Shown: in pieces, positions 50,878 to 61,000 of the stretch
How positions within the stretch are numbered: position 1 is the stretch's first letter
How the letters are laid out: the number at the start of each line of letters is the position of its first letter
NCBI GenBank assembly: GCA_038247415.1
Contig: JBBRUX010000017.1
Location: 8,910 to 72,909 of the forward strand
Length of the DNA: 64,000 bases
DNA from: Chitinivibrionales bacterium
Lineage (GTDB): Bacteria > Fibrobacterota > Chitinivibrionia > Chitinivibrionales > WJKA01
Direction: 5' to 3'
Made by a program: the position numbers and the translations under genes
The notes under the pieces: generated by a model
Databases searched by the model: none
What the model was told of the DNA's origin: nothing
The model's input: the letters and a program-made list of their open reading frames with translations, nothing else

Positions 50878-51135
50878 ATGCCGGCCGAACGCCGCAACGC
50901 AGAAAAACGACCGTCAATTCTTATAGAATTATGGAATTCTTTTTGGGAACATCCCCATGAAACCTGCCCCCGGTGCGGTGGTAAACATGTTGAATTTTAT
51001 GATCCTTTCTTCTTTTCGCCCGCGCGGACGCTCAAAGGACGACGTCGAATAAAATGTTGTGCGTGCAAATTTATATGGCGGCCCTCCAGCCGTGGCAAAT
51101 CTTTTATTGAGTCGCTCAATCCCTTTAAAAATTGA
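50878..51135 (+). CDS. Small Zn-ribbon-like hypothetical protein
   Basis: AAGAGG RBS; CPRCG...CCACK.IW. Confidence 0.6.
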   Translation: MPAERRNAEKRPSILIELWNSFWEHPHETCPRCGGKHVEFYDPFFFSPARTLKGRRRIKCCACKFIWRPSSRGKSFIESLNPFKN

Positions 51136-51412
51136 GCTTCCTAAGATTGCCATCGCCTTCCTTGAATCGGATTCCTCGTTAGCTTTGGATGATATAATAA
51201 ATATTTCGATGTGTGATGGTTATCACATTTTTGTGCTGCGCCTTGTTATATTTTGATAGAGAGAAATACCTGCTCGTGTTGTGTTGGTCAATGGCCGTCG
51301 CGGCGAGAGCGTAAACCTTTTTGTGGTATGGTGCACCGTGTTTGGAAATGTGATCGATTCCGAAAAATTTCTTACCTTCCCCTGCTGCGAATTATGCGTA
51401 CATGCGCCGTGC

Positions 51413-53518
51413 ATGAAATTAAGATTCGGTCCGATTCGCCCGCTCAAATTCTTATTAGTTCATCGCAGTCAGTTTTCTGCAGCTCGCATCGGGTGTCCTT
51501 TCTACGAATACGACAAAAACTCAATTGCACAACTTATTTCCACTATACCAACCATGCGGTTACGTCAAGTTTTCAGGAATGCTCTTGCGCTTCTTTCTGC
51601 TGCCGAGAAAAATAGGTTTGATAATGGGCAAAATCTGGTTAGTGAAGACGATCGCAATGGCGCAATAAGGTTTATTCAGGCACTTACAACATCGGGAATT
51701 CTTGCAGTAATTCGCATCCCGCAATGGTATGAATCGGATCCTGCGATGCGTAAATGGCTCTCCATCTACCAGCGGATCGATCAAAAGAAAGAGCAACCAT
51801 TGCGCGCTTTGGAATCAGCAGTTGAGGGTGTTGTAGAAAGTGCTGCGGCTGCAGCGCAAACATCGCTGCGGCCCTATATTGTTGCAAGCGCATGGGTTCA
51901 CGCTATCGCCGATGTTCTCCCGTTACGGCCCGACTTTGCAACCCTTGGAGACTCGGTAACACTTTCTGTTTCTACAAAAAATATCGATGATGGTACCTAT
52001 GTGCATTTCGATGTGTATGAGGGAGATCCTAAAAACGCTCAAATTGTAAAGACGATTGATGCTCTTGTACAGAGCAATAGTGCACAATGTATCTACGATT
52101 TGGCACAGGATAATCCACCCTCAACCGTTTTGAAAATTCGTATCGATGATTCTGCCAACACTCATGACACGTGCGTTATAAGCGATGATGCTGGAAATAT
52201 TCTCTCCGAGGCATCTTGTGGCAGTGCCCAAACAGATGAAAATGGGCGAGTGCTTACCGTAGAAAATGTTCCGCTGGGTAAACCTGTAATTGTTTCGATG
52301 CGCTGCGAATCGGATACTACACCCATAATTTCTAAGTGCGTGGTGGGAAAAATGGTTCCTCCGATCCTGCCTCTTGTCACCTTTGTTGTTCGTTGCGAAG
52401 AACTAACAAGCGGACGTCGATCGGTTCCGCTAAAAACTCCGCACGAGGCAGCCCGCATTGCTGCCGAAAAACAGGTTGCAGCCAACGCATCGGAGTCATC
52501 TGGCGCACCGGGCGATCTTGGGGGAACTTCATCTGCAGCCAGTTCAGCGCATGCCAAATCGATTGCTTCCTGCGCATGGACTTTTGCAGATGGTGAGAAT
52601 AGAGCACTGGCTGCAGGCGATGGGCTGATGCTTTCTTGTAAAGCCAATAACTTTTCAGATGGAGACGCTGTCCTGTTTGATATTGTCGATGCGAAAAATC
52701 CGAGTGCACCTATCGCTTCTTTGTCGGGGACAGTGGCGGCTGGGTATGCAAAGGTTCCTTGGGTTTTTGGCAATTCATCGCAGCAGCAGAATGTCCGGCT
52801 TGTTTTTTCGGATCCAATTGTGGGCGATCAACAATCTCAAGACTCCTTTACTATTCTATGTGCAGATGGAACAACATCCGTTGCACTGTCGTTAGGGGAT
52901 GCCAAACCTTCTGAATCTGGCATGAGCCTGGATATTGCATGTGGCACAGCACTTCCTTCACAATTACAGGTGTCTATTGGAACGCTGGGAAACCTTGTGA
53001 TAGGGTCGCTTGATACTGCTTCTACAGGCGAATCGTTACGATTTACAATATGTGCGTCTGCCGAGGCGTGTACCATGGTGCAATGCCAGGTGGTTGCAGG
53101 AAGCGCAGGAACTGTTTACAAAGAACCGTCTGCAGCTTCAACAACAACATCATCTTCACAGAATTCTGATTCTAGTTCTTCGAGCACTGCTTCAGAAGCT
53201 AATCCGCCACCAAAGGAAGCTGTGGCTGCAGCAGAAGTAGCTTCTTTACTTGCGGTTGGTGGCATAGTTGCAAGTGCTGCGCTTATTGAGGCTCTTAAAA
53301 AGAATACGGGCAGGGGAGTTCTTGTTACATCGCTTGCTGGAGGGGATGGCGCGGGAGACCATTTGTCTGTTAAAGCGTTAGGGTATACTAAAAAAATAAC
53401 GCTCTCTGATGCAAAGCCTCTTGTGTATACAGATATTCCGAAATCCGGTTTAATAACTCTCGAAGTTTTGGATCGGGATGGTTTTACTTATTCGATACCA
53501 TTAAAGGCCAAAGCCTGA
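51413..53518 (+). CDS. Hypothetical protein with duplicated Ig-like domain, in vgrG locus
   Basis: Long ORF (start uncertain, 51281-51413); two copies of AW...GD...LS....N..DG..V.FD; Ser/Ala linkers. Confidence 0.65.
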   Translation: MKLRFGPIRPLKFLLVHRSQFSAARIGCPFYEYDKNSIAQLISTIPTMRLRQVFRNALALLSAAEKNRFDNGQNLVSEDDRNGAIRFIQALTTSGILAVIRIPQWYESDPAMRKWLSIYQRIDQKKEQPLRALESAVEGVVESAAAAAQTSLRPYIVASAWVHAIADVLPLRPDFATLGDSVTLSVSTKNIDDGTYVHFDVYEGDPKNAQIVKTIDALVQSNSAQCIYDLAQDNPPSTVLKIRIDDSANTHDTCVISDDAGNILSEASCGSAQTDENGRVLTVENVPLGKPVIVSMRCESDTTPIISKCVVGKMVPPILPLVTFVVRCEELTSGRRSVPLKTPHEAARIAAEKQVAANASESSGAPGDLGGTSSAASSAHAKSIASCAWTFADGENRALAAGDGLMLSCKANNFSDGDAVLFDIVDAKNPSAPIASLSGTVAAGYAKVPWVFGNSSQQQNVRLVFSDPIVGDQQSQDSFTILCADGTTSVALSLGDAKPSESGMSLDIACGTALPSQLQVSIGTLGNLVIGSLDTASTGESLRFTICASAEACTMVQCQVVAGSAGTVYKEPSAASTTTSSSQNSDSSSSSTASEANPPPKEAVAAAEVASLLAVGGIVASAALIEALKKNTGRGVLVTSLAGGDGAGDHLSVKALGYTKKITLSDAKPLVYTDIPKSGLITLEVLDRDGFTYSIPLKAKA

Positions 53519-53540
53519 TAGAATACCGAAAGGAAATTTC

Positions 53541-55778
53541 ATGGCAGAGTACACTGCGGTAAAAGGCGATACAATGAAGTCGATTGCGCAACTCTTCTTT
53601 CTTTCCCAGAGCGTAGCCGAACAGTTGTGTAGTATCAATAATCTAACGGGAATTGATGCTCAAATATCTGAGGGAACCACAATCACGATTCCTCCCCGGC
53701 TCTATTCGGTTCTTTCGCAGCAACCGCAAGGCGATATTATGCTGATTTCACTTTCGACCCTTGTAAAGCAAGATGTGAGCTTTCCACCGGTTACCGATTC
53801 GCCTATGGTTTTCTATTCCCCTCGACAAGGGAAATATTTGGCCATTGGGCTTGATCATGCAACAAGTGAAATAACAACGCTTGTGCGCGAAGCTCAGCAA
53901 ATTGTCAATATGGCAAAACGCATTGCAACAGCCTGGGCAAGGACAGATATCTTTGCACTTATCGACGATGCGAAAAAGGCCGGAGAAGAATTAGTATCAA
54001 TGCTTCCTGCCATTGCAAAAGACCCCAAATCTGCCTTGGAAGAACTTGTTGTGGTTAAAACGAATACGGGATGGGAAGAGCTTCCCCAACGTTTTTTTGT
54101 ACGACCCGATAAACTCAGCGCGATTATTCCATCTCCCGCAGCCTGGAAAAGCACCGGCGATGCTCTCCTGCAAAAGATTTTATCAGAAATCCCAACAGCT
54201 CCTCCAGGATGTCAGGCAGCACTTACTGCGCTCTCGGCACTTACAGCAAATGTTGACGCATTGGGAAGTGCACCGCTGGATTGGAAATACGCTGCCGATA
54301 CCGCAACTGCTGCTGCGAAAAATGCATTTGCGACAACCCCTGCCGCGGCATTTTTACGTTTTTTAACGTCTGCCGATCCGATGGCTTTACTTTCTGAACA
54401 AGCTAAAAAACTTCAATTTTCCAAAATTGGCAATTTAGACTTGTCACTTGCAAGCGGGTCGATTTCTGGAAAATGGGCGATTCCTAGTGAAAATGGTCTT
54501 AATATTTTTGAGGTTTTTGGGGCACCAGCAGATATGGTGTGTCGTATTCGCCTGGGACTTGAGCTTGCCGCCCATATTTATGCAGATGTCAAGATTGCTT
54601 CAATTGCTTCCTTGCCCAATCTCTCGCTTGTTTCTGGTTCTGCACCTACTGCATCGGGAACTGCAACGGCCAGCGCAACGGCCAACCTTGATGCAGCAGT
54701 CGATATCACGGGAACAATCGATTGGAGTCCAGAATCCAGTGGCACGTTTCGCAATCTTGCCCTGGTTGATTTTGATGCATCGGTAGTTGCAAATGCCGAT
54801 GCTAAAGTGGCCATATCTTTTAAGGATGCTAATGTTCGATGCAGTTTGCCAGCTGCAAAGATTAAAGGATTAGCCGGAAAAGGGTCTTTAGTTGTAGATG
54901 TCAAAACCGATGAAGCAATTCTCTTATTTGAGCATCTCTTTAATACGGTTATTAATCATTATAAAAAAATGGCAACCGATAAAGCGTCGGGCGTACTCAA
55001 GTTACTGGGGACTAATGCAGATTCTGCATTGTTAAATGCCCAGCATAGTGCAGAAGAAATTGCCAATGCTGCTGCTCAATTTATCAAATATTTTTCGGTT
55101 GGCAAAGTAGTAGATGGAACTGCAAGTGGAACGTGGTATATTCCAGCAAAAGATGGATTTGATTGCGTATCACTTTTTGATAAAGTGCCACCGCTCAAAT
55201 TGCTTCTCAAAAAAGATAACCATTGTGTTGTACGATTTAAGTTCGATCTTGCAGGGTATTATTTTGCTTCGGCATCTGCACAAGGAAGTGCAACCGGATC
55301 GGCATCGGCAACGCCCGCCCAAGCGTCTACTGCAGGATCGTCAACGGGTAATGCTTCGGGGTCGGCTAGTGGAAAGTGTGAAGCAGTTGTGGAATGGTCC
55401 GATGCCCCTAATGGAGTTTATAAAACTCTTGGCAAAATTCTCATGACAGCCGATGCCGATGCCCAGGCTGCTGGCGCTGTCAAGGGTGGTGTAGGAATAC
55501 ATTATAAAAACAAAGAGCTTAAGTGCGCCCTGCCTTTATCGATTATCCCATCATTGGGCGGTGGGTCAAGTCATTCGGAAGCTATTATGTTTACCGCAAG
55601 TGGACCTGAGGCAGAAAATTTTGTCAATCATCTCTTTTCATCGCTTAATCTGGATCTTGGCGGATTGGGTGGTTTAAGCCTTGGAAATATCGGGCAAAAA
55701 ATTGGTGAAGGTGTTAAAGCGGTTGGCAATGTGGCAACTGGAGCAGGTAATGCGGTTAAAGGATTATTTGGCAAATAA
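53541..55778 (+). CDS. LysM-like N-terminus + duplicated unknown domain; candidate VgrG cargo
   Basis: YTAVKGDTMKSIA....L..INNL......ISEGTTITIP LysM pattern; AAGGA RBS; internal repeat. Confidence 0.7.
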   Translation: MAEYTAVKGDTMKSIAQLFFLSQSVAEQLCSINNLTGIDAQISEGTTITIPPRLYSVLSQQPQGDIMLISLSTLVKQDVSFPPVTDSPMVFYSPRQGKYLAIGLDHATSEITTLVREAQQIVNMAKRIATAWARTDIFALIDDAKKAGEELVSMLPAIAKDPKSALEELVVVKTNTGWEELPQRFFVRPDKLSAIIPSPAAWKSTGDALLQKILSEIPTAPPGCQAALTALSALTANVDALGSAPLDWKYAADTATAAAKNAFATTPAAAFLRFLTSADPMALLSEQAKKLQFSKIGNLDLSLASGSISGKWAIPSENGLNIFEVFGAPADMVCRIRLGLELAAHIYADVKIASIASLPNLSLVSGSAPTASGTATASATANLDAAVDITGTIDWSPESSGTFRNLALVDFDASVVANADAKVAISFKDANVRCSLPAAKIKGLAGKGSLVVDVKTDEAILLFEHLFNTVINHYKKMATDKASGVLKLLGTNADSALLNAQHSAEEIANAAAQFIKYFSVGKVVDGTASGTWYIPAKDGFDCVSLFDKVPPLKLLLKKDNHCVVRFKFDLAGYYFASASAQGSATGSASATPAQASTAGSSTGNASGSASGKCEAVVEWSDAPNGVYKTLGKILMTADADAQAAGAVKGGVGIHYKNKELKCALPLSIIPSLGGGSSHSEAIMFTASGPEAENFVNHLFSSLNLDLGGLGGLSLGNIGQKIGEGVKAVGNVATGAGNAVKGLFGK

Positions 55779-55829
55779 TAATACATACGATTTGGTAAAA
55801 CAACGAACTCCTTATTCGGTGGAGATTTT

Positions 55830-58016
55830 ATGTCAGTAAAAAAAGCCAATGAAGCTCAATTTTATTTCTTTTGTGGTCAACTTCCTCCAGAGACCTTTGA
55901 GGTCATGAGTTTTGAAGGGGTTGATGAAGTTAGTGAGCCCTATCTTTTTAATTTGTTGCTGCTTGCAGAGTCGGAAACGATTTCGGCAGATGATGTGATT
56001 AATAAGATTTCGACATTGTATATCTATCGTGATGGCGAATATTATCCGTTTTCTGGTGTGGCTATCGATTTCAGATTTCTGGGCAAAAATTACGACCACG
56101 CAAGCTACGAAATTACCCTCGCCCCGCGTTTATGGCTTTTGGGTCTTACTAAACAAACCCGTATTTTTCAAAATAAGAAAGCCACTCAAATTGTTAAGGA
56201 AGTTCTTGACGGTGCCAATTTAGCTAATTACTATACCATCAATGTTGATGTTTCAAAACTCCCCGATTTAGAGTATGTGGTACAATATCAGGAATCTGAT
56301 TTGAATTTCATTTCGAGGCTTTTGGAAGATAATGGTATATGGTATCAATTCAACGAAAACCCAATTCTTCGAGAAGAGCTCGATGGATCCGTTGGAGCTG
56401 AACACATCGTGATATCCGATAGACCAGCAACGTTTGATTTTATTGCTACAACCTCAGATATTCAATTCCGATCGCATTCTGGATTTACCGAGCGAGATGA
56501 CACCGAAGAAAAAGAATCGATTAATAGTTTACATTGTATTCGTCAAATTGCTCCAACCAGAGTGCTTGTTCGAGATTATAATTACCGAACCCCAGAGGTA
56601 GATCTTACAGGGCAAAAGCCAATTACAGGCGGTTCGGTGGGTACGGTTTATGAATATGGCACAAGCCATCTCAATGCCACCGATGGGCAGCGCCTTGCCG
56701 AAATTCGCGCAAATAGGCTTGCTGTGCGCATGTCTCGATACGATGGAAGTGGAAATTGCCGGGGATTTAGGGCTGGGAAAAGATTTACTTTAGAAAATCA
56801 TTTTAATAGTGCGCTCGATGGAGCCTATGTCCTCTTGCGTGTTGCGCATTTTGGCGCACACCCCATGAGTGGTGAGCGGGCTAATATGGTTACCTATACC
56901 AACGATTTTCAATTGATCACGGCAAGCAATGCACCTCTTTTTAAACCGGATGCCCGTGCCTATCATCCACGAATCGATGGTATTATGAGTTCGCAGATCG
57001 AAGCGAACGGCTCTAACTATGCGTCAATTGACGATAGCGGACGCTACAAAGTTCGAATGCCGTTTGATATGTCCAGTACAGCCAATAGTAGTGGTTCGTC
57101 ATTTATTCGGTTGGCATCGCCGTATTCGGGTCAAAATTATGGCATTCATTTCCCCTCCCACGAAGGTACAGAAATGTTGTGGGCCTGCGTTGATGGTGAC
57201 CCTAGCCGGCCTGTTGGAATTGCCACTATACCCAATGCCAATACTAAATCTCCGGTAACCGGACCCAATAAGCAAAATAATATTATAAGAACGGCTGGTG
57301 GCAATGAGCTTGTCATGGACGATACCGATGCCAAACAAAAAGTAAAGCTTAAAACCAGTGCAGCAAATAACTTGCTCTTTGATGACGAAAATAAAAAAAT
57401 TGCCATTACGACAACAAATAATAATGCGTTGCTTATGGACGATCAGAACAAAAAAGTTCAAATTAATGCCGATGCTAATACTATTGTCATGGATTATCAG
57501 AATAAATGCATAACCATTACAAGCGCTGGTGGGCATGTTGTAAAAATAGACGATCAGGGTAAAATGATTACCATCCAAAGTAAGGCAGGTAATGCATTCC
57601 AAATGGATGATAATGGTAAAAAAATTGTCATGAAAGATGCTGCAGGTAAAAACACCGTAACACTTGATGGCAACAAAGGGTTGGACCTTACCTCTACCGG
57701 AAAAATCACCATTAATGCATCGCAGGACCTTGAGATTAAAGGCGCAAATGTTAAAATAACCGCTAGCACTGGCAAAGTTGACGTCAAGGCAACCTCCGAT
57801 CTCACGCTGTCGGGAGGAAAAATTACCGGAAAAGCATCGGGTAACCTGAATCTCGAGGGGTCACAAATAGCTGCCAAAGGATCTATGGGAGTAAAAATTG
57901 CCGGCATGACCGTAGAGGTAAAAGCTGATATGTCGGCAAAAATTGAGGGCCTCACGACCGAACTGAGCGGTAGTGTAATGACTACTATCAAAGGTGGCGT
58001 TGTGATGATTAACTAG
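55830..58016 (+). CDS. vgrG: Type VI secretion/contractile injection spike protein VgrG (TssI)
   Basis: FEG.DEVSEPY, RIFQN, QYQESDLNFISRLLEDNGI, DDSGRYKV, G.HFP..EGTE, DGDPSRP; C-terminal MDD beta-repeats ending KGGVVMIN. Confidence 0.93.
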   Translation: MSVKKANEAQFYFFCGQLPPETFEVMSFEGVDEVSEPYLFNLLLLAESETISADDVINKISTLYIYRDGEYYPFSGVAIDFRFLGKNYDHASYEITLAPRLWLLGLTKQTRIFQNKKATQIVKEVLDGANLANYYTINVDVSKLPDLEYVVQYQESDLNFISRLLEDNGIWYQFNENPILREELDGSVGAEHIVISDRPATFDFIATTSDIQFRSHSGFTERDDTEEKESINSLHCIRQIAPTRVLVRDYNYRTPEVDLTGQKPITGGSVGTVYEYGTSHLNATDGQRLAEIRANRLAVRMSRYDGSGNCRGFRAGKRFTLENHFNSALDGAYVLLRVAHFGAHPMSGERANMVTYTNDFQLITASNAPLFKPDARAYHPRIDGIMSSQIEANGSNYASIDDSGRYKVRMPFDMSSTANSSGSSFIRLASPYSGQNYGIHFPSHEGTEMLWACVDGDPSRPVGIATIPNANTKSPVTGPNKQNNIIRTAGGNELVMDDTDAKQKVKLKTSAANNLLFDDENKKIAITTTNNNALLMDDQNKKVQINADANTIVMDYQNKCITITSAGGHVVKIDDQGKMITIQSKAGNAFQMDDNGKKIVMKDAAGKNTVTLDGNKGLDLTSTGKITINASQDLEIKGANVKITASTGKVDVKATSDLTLSGGKITGKASGNLNLEGSQIAAKGSMGVKIAGMTVEVKADMSAKIEGLTTELSGSVMTTIKGGVVMIN

Positions 58017-58042
58017 CAGGGCCCGTTTGTGTTCTTGTGCTT

Positions 58043-59890
58043 TTAAAAAGCTTTACGTTGTGTACTTGGAGAATTCTGTAAATAAGTCTCAATACATTCG
58101 ATAAAATCTTTCCCATAACGGTCGTATTTAGCGTTAGAAATTCCATGAATTTCAAGCATTCCCTTTTTGGATCGCGGCAATGTATCGCACATTGCGTGCA
58201 AAGTTCGGTCGGAGCAGACAATAAAAGGTGGAACGCCTCCTTCTTTTGCTAGGCGCATACGAACCGAACGCAATTGTGCAAATAATCCTCTGTCAACGGC
58301 CTGAGGGATGCGCGATTTGGTGACAACCTTGCGTTGGGTTTGTTCTTCTTCTTCTTGCTCTAGGTCGTACACTTTTCTTTTCCCGGAAAGAATCTCTCTA
58401 GCAGTATCCGAAAGTGTTAAATTATCTGGTTGAGAGGACGATACCGAGATGATTTTTCGGGATATGAGAAGGGCTATGACATCGAGCCACTCCGATTCTT
58501 TTTTATCTTTCCCTGCGCCAAAAGTCTTGATTCCTGCGTGATTGTGTAGCCTGATTTCTTCTGTATGTTTACCCGCTACGATCGCAGCGATATGGGCTTT
58601 ATTAAAAGCTTCACCAGTTCTTGCAATTGCCGAAAGAATTTTTTGTGCTTCAATGGTTACGTCAATGCCATCGGGTGGTGTCGCACAAATATCACAGGCA
58701 TTGCAGTTGGGTACGCCCGTTTGTTCCCCAAAATACGATAATAGTTGACGTCTGCGGCAGATCGTATGCAGAGCAAAGTCTATCATACGATTAAGATTTT
58801 TAAGAGCATGGCTTCTCTCTTTGCTATCTGGTATCTGGTCGATAAAGTACCGAAGCCTGGGGATATCTCCCTTGCCAAATAATAACAGGCAATGGGCAGG
58901 ATCTCCATCTCGTCCTGCTCTTCCCGTTTCTTGGTAGTACCCTTCGATATTTTTTGGCAAATCGCCATGGATAATATAGCGAACGTTCGATTTGTCTATT
59001 CCCATACCAAATGCAATGGTTGCAACAATAACAAGAATTTCGTCGTTGTTAAATGCTTCCTGATTGCGGGCCCTGATTTCCTGATCCAAACCTGCATGAT
59101 AGGGTAGGGCGGCGATACCCTTCGATTTTAAAAATGCAGCAGTTTTTTCTACGCCATCGCGCGTTGTGCGATAAATTATCCCTGCTTCGCTTGAGTGGTT
59201 GCGAATGAACGCTAAGATCTGGTCGTCTGGTTTACTTTTAGGCTTAACATGGTAAAAAAGATTAGGGCGATCAAAGGAGGCACGCACCAGTAATGGCGAT
59301 TTAAAATCGAGTTTAGACAGGATATCCTTTTGTACTCGTTCTGTTGCGGTTGCGGTAAAGGCTGCAATCGGGGTGTTTGGAAACCACGTGTGAAGATTTC
59401 CTAGTGTTAAGTAATCGGGCCTGAAATCGTGTCCCCATTCCGATATGCAATGGGCTTCGTCTATTGCAAAGAATGAGAGTGGAATCGATTTTAAAAGCGC
59501 TATAAAACTTTCGGAGGCCAGGCGTTCGGGGGCAACATACAGTAAGTGGAGTCGACGGTTGGCAATATTTCCATATACCCTGCTTCGTTCGGAACTTGTT
59601 TGGGAGCTATTCATAAATTCCACCGACAGGCCATTTTGTTTTGCCGCATCAACCTGATCTTTCATGAGTGAAATAAGCGGACTGATAACAATACACGTGC
59701 CAGGCAAGAGGTATGCTGGCAGTTGATAACAGAGAGATTTGCCACCACCCGTTGGCATGACTGCAAAAACGTCTTTTTTGTTAAGAACCGTTTCGACAAT
59801 CTCCTGCTGATTTGGCCTAAATTGAGTATAGCCGAAGATTTGTTTGAGCGGGGTAATGAGGTCGGAGGTCTTAGAAATCGAGCTTTCCAT
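58043..59890 (-). CDS. recQ: DNA helicase RecQ
   Basis: MPTGGGKSLCYQ, DEAHCISEWGHDFRP, QETGRAGRDG, Zn-RQC, HRDC. Confidence 0.97.
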   Translation of the reverse strand: MESSISKTSDLITPLKQIFGYTQFRPNQQEIVETVLNKKDVFAVMPTGGGKSLCYQLPAYLLPGTCIVISPLISLMKDQVDAAKQNGLSVEFMNSSQTSSERSRVYGNIANRRLHLLYVAPERLASESFIALLKSIPLSFFAIDEAHCISEWGHDFRPDYLTLGNLHTWFPNTPIAAFTATATERVQKDILSKLDFKSPLLVRASFDRPNLFYHVKPKSKPDDQILAFIRNHSSEAGIIYRTTRDGVEKTAAFLKSKGIAALPYHAGLDQEIRARNQEAFNNDEILVIVATIAFGMGIDKSNVRYIIHGDLPKNIEGYYQETGRAGRDGDPAHCLLLFGKGDIPRLRYFIDQIPDSKERSHALKNLNRMIDFALHTICRRRQLLSYFGEQTGVPNCNACDICATPPDGIDVTIEAQKILSAIARTGEAFNKAHIAAIVAGKHTEEIRLHNHAGIKTFGAGKDKKESEWLDVIALLISRKIISVSSSQPDNLTLSDTAREILSGKRKVYDLEQEEEEQTQRKVVTKSRIPQAVDRGLFAQLRSVRMRLAKEGGVPPFIVCSDRTLHAMCDTLPRSKKGMLEIHGISNAKYDRYGKDFIECIETYLQNSPSTQRKAF

Positions 59891-59914
59891 GAGGTAATAA
59901 CTTTTCTTGTATGG

Positions 59915-60886
59915 TTACGTTTTTTGATCGTGGTAGTTATTTCCAAGCATTGCTTTTGCTCGATCGTCAAGAAACGCATGAAGCCCGTGGGGGATGCCAT
60001 CTGCCATGCCAGATTGTTCCCAGACCTCGGCGCTTTCCATGCATAAGTAAAGCGGGGTCTCTGGATAGTGCATTCGTGCCCGTGTTCTGATTGCTGTATA
60101 AAATGCTGTTCTGATTGGGGCAAAATAGCGTAATTTTCCATCTTGACCGAGTATCATTTCCCCACAAAAGAGCGGGATGTGTTCGTTTGTTTGCATAAGC
60201 CGGTGTTTGAGCGAGGGCATTGTTCGAAACCCTCCCATAGACCACCATGCAATTTTTTGAGGGGTTTTAATAGCCTCAAAAACCATATCGATAAGCTCTG
60301 TGTAATCGCGTTCCCACGTAGGATACCAGACAATTGGATCGCAATGAAATGCAACATGAAAACCCATCGAAATGCACTCTGCTGCAGCCTTAAGCCGATC
60401 TGCCAACGGAGCTGTGCCCCGTTCCAGTTCTGCAATCATTGCAGGGGTATTAATCGAAAATCCTAGTATGACTTTTGATGGATCTTTAATGTGGGAGAGG
60501 TTTTTTATATGATTACTTTTTGTTTTGAACTCAACCACCGCATTGGGATAGGGCGCAAGCATAGCTGCAATAGATCGGGCCACAGGAAATTGATTTTCGA
60601 GAAAAAGGCTGTCGGCAAATTCCCCCGTGCCAAAACGTATGACGCCCTTAGTTTGTTCCATTTTCCGAGCAATTTCCTGCTCGCACGCATCGAGGTTGGT
60701 ATATACGACCTGGCTATGGTCATCGAAATAAGTCTGAAGAACGCAATATCGGCAATACATCCCGCATCCACGAGCCGGCGTAATGATTTGATAGCCGCAA
60801 CAGAGATATCCTGCGGTGGTACCCGGGCAGGGCTTGCAAAAATCCCCTTTGCAAATATCGGTTCGAATTGTAGCTCTGTTGTCCAT
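59915..60886 (-). CDS. Spore photoproduct lyase (SplB)-family radical SAM protein
   Basis: KPCPGT, CGMYCRYC.LQ, RFGTGEFADS, EFKTKS, DGKLRYF, YLCMES. Confidence 0.85.
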   Translation of the reverse strand: MDNRATIRTDICKGDFCKPCPGTTAGYLCCGYQIITPARGCGMYCRYCVLQTYFDDHSQVVYTNLDACEQEIARKMEQTKGVIRFGTGEFADSLFLENQFPVARSIAAMLAPYPNAVVEFKTKSNHIKNLSHIKDPSKVILGFSINTPAMIAELERGTAPLADRLKAAAECISMGFHVAFHCDPIVWYPTWERDYTELIDMVFEAIKTPQKIAWWSMGGFRTMPSLKHRLMQTNEHIPLFCGEMILGQDGKLRYFAPIRTAFYTAIRTRARMHYPETPLYLCMESAEVWEQSGMADGIPHGLHAFLDDRAKAMLGNNYHDQKT

Positions 60887-61000
60887 AGCTTATAAAAATA
60901 CTCTCTGGGGGCTTAAAACCTTGGCTAGTTTTTTAAAAAAGGAATGGGCGAGGTAGAGGTAACGTGGTTAAGCATAATTCTGGAAGTTTCCAGACTGAAT

